Source: Candidatus Aalborgicola danicus (GTDB lineage: Bacteria; Pseudomonadota; Gammaproteobacteria; Burkholderiales; Burkholderiaceae_C). Taken from it: a stretch of DNA of 64,000 bases. Numbering within the stretch: the first letter of the stretch is position 1; every line of letters begins with the position of its first letter. This document shows positions 8,716 to 18,197 of this stretch, piece after piece. Location: the NCBI GenBank assembly GCA_016703945.1, contig JADJBC010000041.1, positions 131,558 through 195,557 of the forward strand. The letters run 5' to 3'. Both the position numbers and the translations under genes were made by a program. Under the pieces are notes generated by a model that was not told the origin of the DNA, searched no databases, and saw nothing but the letters and a program-made list of their open reading frames with translations.

Positions 8716-8797
8716 TTCACCGCCGGGCCGCCCCAATGTGAACTGCGTCCCCCTCTTGGGGCACCGACCCGCGAAGCGGCGCAGCGAGGGGGCTACG
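8716..8797 (-). repeat. Family C GC-rich hairpin repeat, copy 1 (reverse orientation)
   Basis: Its reverse complement, ccgtagccccctcgctgcgccgcttcgcgggtcggtgccccaagagggggacgcagttcacattggggcggcccggcggtgaa, aligns along its length with 60511-60582 plus 59016-59024. It lies between convergent genes. Confidence 0.75.
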
Positions 8798-9164
8798 GTT
8801 TTTCCAGCAGCGTCTTGAGTTCGCCGCTGGTAATCAGTTTCTTCAGGTCATTGGCGCCCCCAATCAGGGTGCCTTTGACGAACACCATCGGAAAGGTGGG
8901 CCAACCGGTCCACAGTTTCAAGGCGTTTCTTTCACGCCACCGGCTGAAATACGTGCCGTAGGTCAGGTAATGGTAGGCGATACCTGCATCGTCCAGCAGC
9001 TTGCGGGCCTGCTTGGGAAAGGGATTCATGCCCATACCCACCACCACCACGGCATGCTGAGCGACAGCCCCCTGTACCTCTTTGACAATGGCCTGCTGGT
9101 GGCTGGCCACCCGCTCTTGGATGGCAGAATGGATTCGGGATTCGTCGAGGATGGAGCGTGGCAT
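8793..9164 (-). CDS. Glutaredoxin-family protein
   Basis: MPRSILDES...VVVVGMGMNPFPKQARKLLDDAGIAYHYL...WPTFPMVFVKGTLIGGANDLKKL shows the Grx fold (TFP...FV.G..IGG). The start was taken at the internal ATG 9164. Confidence 0.75.
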   Translation of the reverse strand: MPRSILDESRIHSAIQERVASHQQAIVKEVQGAVAQHAVVVVGMGMNPFPKQARKLLDDAGIAYHYLTYGTYFSRWRERNALKLWTGWPTFPMVFVKGTLIGGANDLKKLITSGELKTLLEKP

Positions 9165-9294
9165 GCAGGGCCTTTGGCGGAGTAAAACGGCGATTATGAA
9201 CGGACCGGCCACAGCCGCAGGTCTAGGTTTGACAGAAATCAAGGCGCTATAGTGGTTCACGTTTTACACTGCGCGGCGCCTGCGCCACCCCACC

Positions 9295-10137
9295 ATGCCC
9301 CAAGCCACCCCCAATCTCCCTGCTGTGCGCACCATCACGTTGATGCGACCTTTGGTCTGGCTGGTCTACGCCTGGCGCGACATGGCCCGGGTGGGCTGGG
9401 TCAGTTTTGCCCACGGGTTGGCGCTGGCGGCCGTGGGTGCCATCATCGTAGCCATCGCGCACCAGCGGTTCTGGCTGCTGGCAGGCGCGCTGTCGGGTTT
9501 TATGGTGATTGCACCGGTTCTGGCCACCAGTTTGTATGCCTTGAGCCGGGCCCTGGAGCGCGGCGAAAAAGCCGACCTGAGCGTGGTTCTGAAGACCTGG
9601 TTGAACTGGCAAAACAGCCACTTCAACAAATGGGGCAACGACTACTGGTGCATGGTGCAATTTGGCGCCCTGTTGGCCCTGGCCGCCACTGGCTGGGTGG
9701 TCACGTCGGCAGCCCTGATCACACTATTGGCACCCGCACCGATTCTGGGCCCACTCGACTTTGTGCGCCATGTGGTGCTGGCGCAGGACGGCTGGTTGTT
9801 TGAATTGTGGCTGGCCCTGGGGGGCATCATGGCCGCCCCCTTGTTTGCGTCCAGCGTGGTCTCCATGCCCTTGTTACTGGACCGCCGCGTCACGCTGATG
9901 CAAGCCGTGCTGACCAGTTGGCAGGCGGTGTTAGCCAACCCGGTACCCATGGGGTTTTGGGCGGCATTGATCATGGGCTTTACGCTGTTGGGCCTGGGTT
10001 CCTTGTTATTGGGCCTGATTGCCGTGATTCCCATGCTGGGTCACGCCAGTTGGCATGCGTACCGCGATTTGGTGGATGCGTCCAGCTTGCCGCTACGCGA
10101 ACCGCTGCCCACACCATCGAACAGCAGCAGGAACTGA
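9295..10137 (+). CDS. DUF2189-like integral membrane protein
   Basis: 280 aa polytopic protein. The N-terminus LMRPLVWLVYAWRDMARVGWVSFAHGL is typical of the DUF2189/COG5473 family. Confidence 0.7.
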   Translation: MPQATPNLPAVRTITLMRPLVWLVYAWRDMARVGWVSFAHGLALAAVGAIIVAIAHQRFWLLAGALSGFMVIAPVLATSLYALSRALERGEKADLSVVLKTWLNWQNSHFNKWGNDYWCMVQFGALLALAATGWVVTSAALITLLAPAPILGPLDFVRHVVLAQDGWLFELWLALGGIMAAPLFASSVVSMPLLLDRRVTLMQAVLTSWQAVLANPVPMGFWAALIMGFTLLGLGSLLLGLIAVIPMLGHASWHAYRDLVDASSLPLREPLPTPSNSSRN

Positions 10138-10139
10138 GC

Positions 10140-10349
10140 ATGTTTGGTTATTCAGAAGAACAGATTGCCGGCTTTGGCCTCTCCTTTGGGGTGGGCGGCT
10201 TCATGCTCTACATGTTGTTCATCATTGGCCACCTGGCCTGGGAATCCAAGGCCGGCAAATTCGGCACCTTTGTGATTTTTCTAGGCCTGGCGTTTGGCAT
10301 GGTGGGGTTTGTGGCCAAGTTCATCATCCAGTGGTACATGGAGAAGTAG
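10140..10349 (+). CDS. DUF2788 small membrane protein
   Basis: MFGYSEEQIAGFGLSFGVGGFMLYMLFIIGHLAWESKAGKFGTFVIFLGL. The start lies 3 nt after the upstream stop. Confidence 0.7.
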   Translation: MFGYSEEQIAGFGLSFGVGGFMLYMLFIIGHLAWESKAGKFGTFVIFLGLAFGMVGFVAKFIIQWYMEK

Positions 10350-10377
10350 GCCAACCACGGCGGCCACCGCCACATGC

Positions 10378-10956
10378 TCAACCAAAGGGGCGGATGCCGA
10401 TCAACAGCCCGTGTAATTTGAACGCAAACGCCGCCCAGGCAATCAAACCCACTAGCACGGCCACCACGGTGCCTGACACCGTACCGGCCGGGTACTGTGT
10501 GCCGGCAGCCCGGTCACGTCGGCGCGCGGCGATGAAGTCCACAACGGCCCAGGCCAGAAAGGCGCCAAACAACACCAGGTGAGCCAGATTGCCATTCACC
10601 AACACATGTGCCAACGCCCAGGATTTGACACCCAGGACCATGGGGTGGTGTAGCTTCGCCTTGATGCCATTGCGCGGCACATAGGCTGCTGCCAGCAGCA
10701 CAAAAGCCACCAGGGTCAACAGCGACGCGGCATGGCGCATGCCCACCGGCACCGTCCATAACAAGGTGGGGGTTTCACGCGCAATGCCGAAGCCATAAAT
10801 GATGAGCCCGAACCCGACGATGGAGACCACCGAATAAACACCTTTGTAAGTGCCATCACCCACCCGGGCCAGGGTACGGGTGCGCCAGCCGTCCGCCACG
10901 ATGCGCACCGAATGCACACCCAGAAACATCAGCAAACCAGCAATCAGATAAACCAT
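10378..10956 (-). CDS. NnrU family membrane protein
   Basis: 192 aa. MVYLIAGLLMFLGVHSVRIV...HHPMVLGVKSWALAHVLVNG is the characteristic NnrU sequence. Confidence 0.8.
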   Translation of the reverse strand: MVYLIAGLLMFLGVHSVRIVADGWRTRTLARVGDGTYKGVYSVVSIVGFGLIIYGFGIARETPTLLWTVPVGMRHAASLLTLVAFVLLAAAYVPRNGIKAKLHHPMVLGVKSWALAHVLVNGNLAHLVLFGAFLAWAVVDFIAARRRDRAAGTQYPAGTVSGTVVAVLVGLIAWAAFAFKLHGLLIGIRPFG

Positions 10957-11105
10957 GGTGTTGTTCCTTTAAAAAATCATGTCACCAGCCACGCCCAGGG
11001 CGTTCACGTTCACGCGGTATACGCCAGCCCGTTTGAGCCAGGGCTCTGATGGCTGAGATTTTCAAGCGCGGTTTCAAAAGTTTTCTTTATCCATGACACA
11101 ACATT

Positions 11106-11153
11106 TGCTATAAATTAAATAGCGCTTTGCGCATGATTCACAAGGGCTAGAGC
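11106..11153 (+). repeat. Family A repeat, copy 2
   Basis: tgctataaattaaatagcgctttgcgcatgattcacaagggctagagc. Confidence 0.75.
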
Positions 11154-11193
11154 ACTATTTAACCACTAATTATTGAATCGGGTCTCGGGCGTT

Positions 11194-12141
11194 TCACCGC
11201 GCTGACATAAACAATTTGAAGGCCTCGACCGTCTTGGGGCCGTCTTCTTCATGCGGAACATGGCCCAAGTCGTCAAAGATGACCATCTGTGCCCCCGCAA
11301 TATCGGCCAAAAAACGCTGTGCCGTATCCGGCGGAATCAACCGGTCTTTGGCACCCCACATGACCAGGGTTGGCACTTTAAGTCCTTTGAGGGCGGCTTC
11401 ATCACCACTGTGGAGTTGATCCATCCGGTAGGCCAAGGCCTGGCGGTTGCCGGCGCGCAGAGTCAGCTCGTAATACCGGTCCACCAAATCCGCGGTGACC
11501 TTAGCCGGATCACCATAGACGTTGCGCACACTGCTTTGCACGACACCCCGGGGCAATACATATTCCATCACCACACGCAAGCCCGGCGTGCGGGCGATCG
11601 TAAAACCCAAGGGTACCGATGTCGACTGCAACCGGTAGCCCGCCGAATCAATCAGCACCAACTTTTTTACGCGCTGCGGGTGAGCTACTGCAGTACCCCA
11701 GGCAATTTGTCCACCCAGAGAATTGCCAGCCAATACAAATTGCTGCACACCCATCTGGTCCAGAACGGCCACCACAAAACGCACATAGGCGGCAATGGAA
11801 TAGTCGTTGTCGGGATGGGGTCCGGTCAGCCCGAAGGCGGGCAGATCGAACCGGATGACGCGACGTTGGTGCGTCAGCGCCTGGGTCCAAGCATCCCAGG
11901 TGTGCAGACTGGCCGACGTTCCATGCAACAACACAATTGGCAGCGGATCGCCACGTGGGCCTTCGTCGCGCAGATGCACCTGCATGCCCAACACGGGCAG
12001 GAATTGCGATGGGGCTGGCGCCCAGCGGGCCGACAGTTGTTGCACGGAGCGGTCTGGCGCCCAGGTCGCCAATATACCGGCCATCACAAAAATGGCGCAG
12101 GACAGCAGCACAACACCCAGAACACGCAGCAGAAGTTTCAT
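11194..12141 (-). CDS. Alpha/beta-fold hydrolase (membrane-anchored)
   Basis: HGTSASLHTW oxyanion region, GNSLGG nucleophile elbow, and C-terminal DDLGHVPHEE. The start was taken at MKLLLRVLGV (12141). Confidence 0.85.
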   Translation of the reverse strand: MKLLLRVLGVVLLSCAIFVMAGILATWAPDRSVQQLSARWAPAPSQFLPVLGMQVHLRDEGPRGDPLPIVLLHGTSASLHTWDAWTQALTHQRRVIRFDLPAFGLTGPHPDNDYSIAAYVRFVVAVLDQMGVQQFVLAGNSLGGQIAWGTAVAHPQRVKKLVLIDSAGYRLQSTSVPLGFTIARTPGLRVVMEYVLPRGVVQSSVRNVYGDPAKVTADLVDRYYELTLRAGNRQALAYRMDQLHSGDEAALKGLKVPTLVMWGAKDRLIPPDTAQRFLADIAGAQMVIFDDLGHVPHEEDGPKTVEAFKLFMSAR

Positions 12142-12190
12142 GGGTCTGAACTCTACACGGATCTTTGTCGATGTTGTCAACTAGAAAAGC

Positions 12191-12227
12191 TGTGGATAGT
12201 TTTCGCACAAGACCATGGTTATCCACA
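12191..12227. promoter_or_regulatory. Inverted pair of DnaA boxes in an AT-rich ~400-bp intergenic region
   Basis: TGTGGATAG (12191-12199, one mismatch on the complement) and a perfect TTATCCACA (12219-12227), 19 bp apart. The flanking 12181-12579 is non-coding and visibly AT-rich. Confidence 0.5.
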
Positions 12228-12579
12228 GGGTCTTCAGTTTTTGAATAGTTATTCATTTTCGGTGACGTTGGCGAGAGCAGACTCACACACAGGAGTCAAA
12301 CGCATGCAAGTCCTTGATTTAGAAAAGAAATACGACCTTGTGCACAGAAACTGGCGATGCTTACCTACTACTACTATCTTTAAATAGAATAAATAGGAAG
12401 ATAGGTACGAACAGCAGCTAAGAAAAAAAGAAGTTTTCCAGAGCCTGTGTTGTCCTCACAGCGATGGCCGAAAAGAAGCTGTAAGCCGGGGGTTTTTGGC
12501 CGCTGCAATCAAGTAAGATTCGCCGACTTCGGGTTCACCGACCTTTTTCCCCCGCTTTCTCGCGTTCACTTCCCTTTTC

Positions 12580-13389
12580 ATGTCCGTTTCTTCTGCAGGT
12601 ACAAGCCCCAGCCATGTGCCGGCCTCATTCGAAATAAAGAGTGCCCAGTTGCCTTTGGTTGCGCTTCATCTGAAATCCAGTGACTTTGGGAGCGTGGCGG
12701 CCGACGTGTTTGCCAAGTTCGGACCCCAAGGGGAAAGTCCGGATTTTTTTGACCACGATGCCTTGGTCCTGGATTTTTCGCATCTGGACCCGCAAACTCC
12801 GGTATGCGATCTGGTTCCTTTGCTGCGGGTATTGCGCTCCTGCAGCCTGGTTCCGGTGGCGGTTCGAGCGGCCAGTCCTGAGACGATGGCGGCGGCCCTG
12901 GCGGTCGGCCTGGTTGAAGCGGCACCCGAGGTGTACCGTCAACGACCTGCAGTGAAGGATGCCATGCCGCAGGAGGAAAAACCTCTTCCAGTGGCGGAAA
13001 GCATTCGCGAGGTGGTCCATGAGGTCGTGCGGGAAGTACCCGGACCCGGCACCATGGTGGTGGATAAACCTTTGCGATCAGGCCAAAAGATCTATGCCCG
13101 GGGTTGTGATCTGGTGGTGCTGGCCATGGTGAACCAGGGGGCCGAAGTGGTGGCTGACGGCAATATTCATGTTTATGCGCCGCTGCGTGGCAAGGCCATG
13201 GCGGGAGCGCGGGGCAATACCAGCGCCCGTATTTTTTCGCTGTGTCTGGAACCCGAGTTGGTATCCATTGCCGGTGTGTACCGCACCAGCGAGAACCCGT
13301 TGGCACCGAATGTGCGAGGCAAGGCCGCCCAGGTGCGTCTGAGCAACGACGGGCAGGACAAATTGATCATTGAGGCGTTGAACCCTTGA
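12580..13389 (+). CDS. minC: Septum site-determining protein MinC
   Basis: The C-terminal domain [50 protein letters not shown] is the MinC beta-helix. The gene lies upstream of minD-minE. Confidence 0.9.
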   Translation: MSVSSAGTSPSHVPASFEIKSAQLPLVALHLKSSDFGSVAADVFAKFGPQGESPDFFDHDALVLDFSHLDPQTPVCDLVPLLRVLRSCSLVPVAVRAASPETMAAALAVGLVEAAPEVYRQRPAVKDAMPQEEKPLPVAESIREVVHEVVREVPGPGTMVVDKPLRSGQKIYARGCDLVVLAMVNQGAEVVADGNIHVYAPLRGKAMAGARGNTSARIFSLCLEPELVSIAGVYRTSENPLAPNVRGKAAQVRLSNDGQDKLIIEALNP

Positions 13390-13441
13390 GGCCCGGCAGG
13401 CGTGCCGATTGACGATATTTCTTAGGGAAGCAAACAAAACT

Positions 13442-14257
13442 ATGGCAAAAATAATTGTGGTGACATCGGGCAAAGGCGGAGTGGGAAAAACCACCACCAG
13501 CGCCAGTTTTGCAACCGGCCTGGCCCTGCGAGGCCACAAGACGGCGGTGATCGACTTTGATGTGGGCCTGCGCAACCTGGACCTGATCATGGGTTGTGAG
13601 CGCCGTGTGGTGTATGACCTGATCAATGTGATTCAGGGGGAAGCCAACCTGAACCAGGCCTTGATCAAGGACAAACAGTGCGACAACCTGTACGTGCTGG
13701 CCGCGTCCCAGACGCGGGACAAGGATGCCTTGACCCAGACCGGTGTAGAAAAAGTATTGACCGACCTGGCCGCCATGGACTTCGAGTTCATCGTTTGTGA
13801 CTCTCCCGCAGGCATTGAGACGGGGGCCTTGATGGCCATGCATTTTGCCGACGAGGCGCTGGTGGTGACCAACCCCGAGGTGTCGTCGGTGCGCGACTCG
13901 GATCGCATTTTGGGCATGCTGGCCAGCAAAACCAAACGCGCCATCGAGGGGCTGGACCCGATCAAGGAACACCTGCTGATCACGCGTTACAACCCGGCCC
14001 GTGTGGACCAGGGGCAGATGTTGTCGCTGGACGATATTCAGGACATTCTGCGTATCAAGTTGATTGGTGTGATTCCCGAGAGTGAGTCGGTGTTGCAGGC
14101 CTCCAATCAAGGGGTGCCAGCCGTGCACATGCAGGGCAGTGATGTGTCCGAAGCCTATAAAGACGTGATTGACCGCTTCCTGGGTGCTGAAAAGCCCATG
14201 CGCTTTACCGAAGCTCCCAAGCAAGGGTTGCTCAAGCGTCTGTTTGGAGGGAAATAG
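13442..14257 (+). CDS. minD: Septum site-determining ATPase MinD
   Basis: MAKIIVVTSGKGGVGKTT deviant Walker A motif. Full-length MinD collinearity. Confidence 0.95.
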   Translation: MAKIIVVTSGKGGVGKTTTSASFATGLALRGHKTAVIDFDVGLRNLDLIMGCERRVVYDLINVIQGEANLNQALIKDKQCDNLYVLAASQTRDKDALTQTGVEKVLTDLAAMDFEFIVCDSPAGIETGALMAMHFADEALVVTNPEVSSVRDSDRILGMLASKTKRAIEGLDPIKEHLLITRYNPARVDQGQMLSLDDIQDILRIKLIGVIPESESVLQASNQGVPAVHMQGSDVSEAYKDVIDRFLGAEKPMRFTEAPKQGLLKRLFGGK

Positions 14258-14260
14258 GCC

Positions 14261-14524
14261 ATGGCATCGTTCCTGTCTTTCCTGTTGGGTGAGAAGAAAA
14301 AAACGGCCAGTGTGGCCAAAGAACGCCTGCAGATCATCCTGGCGCACGAGCGCAGTGGTCGCAACGCTGCAGAGCCCGACTACCTGCCCGCGCTGCAGGC
14401 CGAACTGGTGGCCGTGATTAGCAAATACATCAAGATCAACCCCGACGACATCAAGGTGCACCTGGAACGCCAGGACAACCTGGAAGTGCTGGAAGTGAAG
14501 ATCGAGCTGCCCGAAAACAGATAA
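14261..14524 (+). CDS. minE: Cell division topological specificity factor MinE
   Basis: [31 protein letters not shown]... is the canonical MinE N-terminus. Confidence 0.95.
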   Translation: MASFLSFLLGEKKKTASVAKERLQIILAHERSGRNAAEPDYLPALQAELVAVISKYIKINPDDIKVHLERQDNLEVLEVKIELPENR

Positions 14525-14529
14525 CTGTT

Positions 14530-15699
14530 TTAGGCCCGCACCAGTCGCAGGTGGGTAATCTCGGACGGGGCACCAAAACGCTTGGGTGGACCCCAGTAGC
14601 CCGTTCCTCGGCTGGTGTAGACCCAGAGGTCGCGCAACTTGTGCAGGCCGGCCGTGTAGGGTTGTTGGAACTGAACAAAATGGTTCCAGGGCCAGAACTG
14701 ACCACCGTGGGTGTGGCCTGAGAGTTGCAGGTCAAAACCAGCGTCGGCTGCCTCAGATGCGCTACGGGGCTGGTGGGCCAGCAGCAGCTTGAATACTGCG
14801 TGGTCGGGAGCAAGGGCGATGGCCTTGTGCGGGTCGCTGCGATGGCTTTCATCAAAATGGTGGGCACTGTAGTCGGCGACACCGGCGATCACCATCACCG
14901 CAGGTTCGGGATCCTGGGTGTCGGTGCTGTGTTGGATCAGCACATGTTCGTTCATCAGCACCTGCACCCCCAGCGCGCGTAAGGTCTCGATCCAGCTGTG
15001 GGCACCCGAGTAGTACTCGTGGTTGCCGGTCACAAAAAACGTACCGTGGGTCGAGCTCAATTGGGCCAGGGGTGCAACATGCTGGCCCAGCTCCTTGACA
15101 CTGCCATCGACCAGGTCGCCGGTGATAGCGACCATATTGACGTTCAGGCCGTTGACCTTGTCCACAATACGCTGCAGGTAGTGGGTCTTGATGGTGGGGC
15201 CGACATGGATGTCGCTGATCTGCGCCATGCTGAAACCCTGCAAGGCCTCGGGCAGGTTGGTGATAGGCACATCCACCTGGACCACGGTGGCGGTGCGCCG
15301 CGCGTTCCAGAAACCCAACATTGTGATGAGTAATGCCAGCACCGGTAAAGCCAGTGCCGTAGACAGCTGCAGCGCGTGCAGGGGAAGGGCATCGACCCAC
15401 AGTGCATTGGTGGCGTGCGCCAGCAGCAGCAGGGTCTCGCGCACGACTGTCAGCACCAGCAGCGACGAAAAAAGGCCCATGCACAAAAGGCCTATCCATG
15501 TCAGCACCTCGGTGGCGGGTGGTTTTGAGACCCGGCGGGCCAGCAAACCCATGGGCATCAAGACCGCCGAGGCCAACAACAGCATCCAGACCAGAGTGAT
15601 TGCCAAGTTGCTGTCGAATGACTCCAGCCCGAGTGACAGACGCCAAGTCACCAGGCCGTGCAAGGCCAATGAGAACGAATAGACCACGGCCAAGGCCAT
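14530..15699 (-). CDS. Membrane-anchored metallophosphoesterase
   Basis: N-terminal TM helices followed by ISDIHVG, GDLVDG, GNHEYY and SGHTHGGQ calcineurin-like motifs. Confidence 0.85.
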   Translation of the reverse strand: MALAVVYSFSLALHGLVTWRLSLGLESFDSNLAITLVWMLLLASAVLMPMGLLARRVSKPPATEVLTWIGLLCMGLFSSLLVLTVVRETLLLLAHATNALWVDALPLHALQLSTALALPVLALLITMLGFWNARRTATVVQVDVPITNLPEALQGFSMAQISDIHVGPTIKTHYLQRIVDKVNGLNVNMVAITGDLVDGSVKELGQHVAPLAQLSSTHGTFFVTGNHEYYSGAHSWIETLRALGVQVLMNEHVLIQHSTDTQDPEPAVMVIAGVADYSAHHFDESHRSDPHKAIALAPDHAVFKLLLAHQPRSASEAADAGFDLQLSGHTHGGQFWPWNHFVQFQQPYTAGLHKLRDLWVYTSRGTGYWGPPKRFGAPSEITHLRLVRA

Positions 15700-15814
15700 A
15701 CGCTGGACCCCACAACAGGGTTGTGGGGTGTAGTAACAATGCCTCTATCTGGTGGGTTTTGGCGAGACTTCAAGTCCTTCCACGTGGTCATGCTCCCTGG
15801 AGAGGGTGCTTTGC

Positions 15815-16819
15815 CTAGATGAGGACAAAGTCGTTGGCAGACACGCTGTTGGGATCGATACCGACCAGTGTGATGCTGTTGCCTTGGCCAAGATCGATGT
15901 GCATGTTGTTTCCCTGGACCGTGATGTGCTCGGACAAGGAGTCGAAATCCTGAATATTGCTGCCGTTGATGCCGCGATCCAGCGTGATGTGGTCGGTTTC
16001 GGCATGGAAGTTCAGAATGGCGTCATTGCCATTTCCACTGTGGATGTGGAAGTCGTTTTCGACCTGGTTGCCAAGCCCATTGCCTACACCATCCACAATA
16101 TTGGCAACACCAGCAAACTTGGTATCGGTGTGGATGACGGTATTCAGTGTGGTATTGGCCGTAAAGAAGTCACTAAAGAAGTCGGTTTTCTGGCCACCTG
16201 CAACCAGGATGTCATCCCCATCACCACCTTCAAAGTGGTTGATACCCTGGTCGTCTCTGCCGCCACCCACCAGAATATCGTCTCCTGTGCCAGCGCGGAG
16301 TGTGTCACTGCCATTGCCACCGTCCAGAACATCGTTGTGGTTGCCACCGGAGAGGATGTCGTCGCCGTCGCTACCCGATATTGCGTTTTGATTCGTCAGA
16401 CTGCCCTGTACTTCGTTGTGGCTGGAGTCGGCGATTTGGTGCTCGTATCCATCACTTTCGATGGAATGCGTTTCAGAATGTGTTTCAGTATCGGAGCCGA
16501 ATTCGTTGTCGTTGCTGTCGTCGAGGTAACTATTGCCCAGCAGGTCGTCATCGCCGGACAGGGTGGCGGTGCCTTGGCTATTGGCGTAGGTTTTGGAAAC
16601 TGCGAAGAAGATACCGTCGCCATTGGCGTCGCTGTAAGTGGTGGTTTCCAGTCGACCATCATCCCACTGTGTTTTGACGACGTTACCGCCATCGAGTGAC
16701 CAGGATTCGTCGTGGTCCATGCCGTCATTCTGGATGCGGCCATTTTCGATTTTGTAGACCGCAGTCACAGTGCCATTGACGATCTGGAACTTGTAGGCTT
16801 TATTGGCAGAGTTGCTCAT
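15815..16819 (-). CDS. RTX-type calcium-binding repeat protein
   Basis: GSDGDDILSGGNHNDVLDGGNGSDTLRAGTGDDILVGGG are GGxGxD nonapeptide repeats. The protein is acidic, has no N-terminal signal peptide, and ends in DFVLI. The local sequence looks more AT-rich than its surroundings. Confidence 0.8.
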   Translation of the reverse strand: MSNSANKAYKFQIVNGTVTAVYKIENGRIQNDGMDHDESWSLDGGNVVKTQWDDGRLETTTYSDANGDGIFFAVSKTYANSQGTATLSGDDDLLGNSYLDDSNDNEFGSDTETHSETHSIESDGYEHQIADSSHNEVQGSLTNQNAISGSDGDDILSGGNHNDVLDGGNGSDTLRAGTGDDILVGGGRDDQGINHFEGGDGDDILVAGGQKTDFFSDFFTANTTLNTVIHTDTKFAGVANIVDGVGNGLGNQVENDFHIHSGNGNDAILNFHAETDHITLDRGINGSNIQDFDSLSEHITVQGNNMHIDLGQGNSITLVGIDPNSVSANDFVLI

Positions 16820-16883
16820 GGTGGATTCCTTGGAAAGTGGTTGGGGAGTGAATGGACTTTAGAAATCCAAACTGAAGCCACGA

Positions 16884-18197
16884 TTAAGTTACCGAACCGG
16901 ATGCAATATTTTTCTCGGGCCAGATCAACTCGACGCAAAACCCCTGGCTGACAACTGGAAGTTCGATGGAACCACCGTGTGCGCGCAGCACCAGGTCGGC
17001 CAGAATCAAGCCCAAACCCTTGAGGCCTTCGCTGGAACTGTAGTCCTGCCGCTCCAAAGCCGCTTTTAACTTGCTGCGTCGCTCGACCGAGCAGCCTTCT
17101 CCATCGTCAACCACGCGAAGGTGGGTTTGGCTACCCAGCTGCGTTACCATCATGTTTACGCGGGTCGCCTGGTGGCGCTGTGCGTTGTCCAAGAGATTGA
17201 GCAAGACGGCGGTCAACAGGTCCGGGTCGACGTTGAGTTGCACAGGGCTGTCGACTTCGATCACCAAGGTGTTGAACGACAGCGGCGCCAGCAGGTCGGC
17301 CAGCACGACGTTTTGGCGTTGCGGCTCGATGCCACTGCGAAACATGGCCAGCAGGGCCTGCATGACGCGGCCCAGACGGGTAGTTGCCTCGCGGGCTCTT
17401 TGCAGCCGCGGACGCAGACTTTCTGGGGCCTCTCTGAGGGCCATCGCGAGTTGAACGTCGAGGCCCGCAACGGGTGTTCGCAGGGCGTGCGCCGCGTGGG
17501 ACGTGAAGGCGCGTTCGCTGATGACGCGTTGCGCCAGTCGTTGACCCAGATCCTGGATCGCGGTTTCAATGGGCTTGAGTTCTTCGCGTTGTGCCGACGG
17601 CGGGGCCGTTGCCGGAACCAGCGGATCGTAAGCCTGTACATCCCGTGACAAAGTGTTGAGTGGGCGCAGTTCTTGCCGCATGCGCCAATTCATCAGCACC
17701 ATGGAGAGCAGGATCATCAATAGCGAACCGATGAAGGTGTAGAACACTGCGTCATTTTGTGCCTCGCCACGCTCCGTTTCACTCTGCGCGACGACCAGAA
17801 TGCGATGCGGGTCGTGTTTGAACCCCAGTGAGATAACCCGCCACCGGCCGTCAGGAGTGGGTAGGGGGTCGGCGGTGACCTCCGTCAGCAAGGCAGTCAA
17901 GGGCGCCTTGTTTGAGCGGGCCAGTACGGCCCCGCTGGAGCTGTTGATCAATTGCCAGACCAGATGTTCTTCGTATTCGGAGTTTCCGGTGCGCGTGACC
18001 GTTGCTGCCGTGTTCACCGGTGAAAGTGCCAGAACATTGTGAATGATTTCAGCAGCCTCGCGCAGCTCCTGGTTCATCAGTTCTTCCATCTCGTGGCTGA
18101 CGATGTAGCGCACCAGCCCAATGGTCATGAGGCCAGTAATCAATGAGACCCACAACAGCGAGAACGCCAGGCGGCGGCGAATGGAGGGCAGCATCAT
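16884..18197 (-). CDS. Sensor histidine kinase
   Basis: Two TM segments, H-box FTSHAAHALRTPVAG, and an ATPase domain (LLNLLDNAQRH, GLGLILADLV). The ATG at 18197 overlaps the regulator stop (ATGA). Confidence 0.85.
   Translation of the reverse strand: MMLPSIRRRLAFSLLWVSLITGLMTIGLVRYIVSHEMEELMNQELREAAEIIHNVLALSPVNTAATVTRTGNSEYEEHLVWQLINSSSGAVLARSNKAPLTALLTEVTADPLPTPDGRWRVISLGFKHDPHRILVVAQSETERGEAQNDAVFYTFIGSLLMILLSMVLMNWRMRQELRPLNTLSRDVQAYDPLVPATAPPSAQREELKPIETAIQDLGQRLAQRVISERAFTSHAAHALRTPVAGLDVQLAMALREAPESLRPRLQRAREATTRLGRVMQALLAMFRSGIEPQRQNVVLADLLAPLSFNTLVIEVDSPVQLNVDPDLLTAVLLNLLDNAQRHQATRVNMMVTQLGSQTHLRVVDDGEGCSVERRSKLKAALERQDYSSSEGLKGLGLILADLVLRAHGGSIELPVVSQGFCVELIWPEKNIASGSVT

Noticed and set aside
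12447-12683. 78-aa ORF in the minC leader.
   Set aside because: It overlaps the minC start out of frame, has no RBS or family resemblance, and lies in the AT-rich non-coding region.
16140-16420. Periodic repeats within 15815..16819.
   Set aside because: They are explained by the GGxGxD nonapeptide repeats of the RTX protein.
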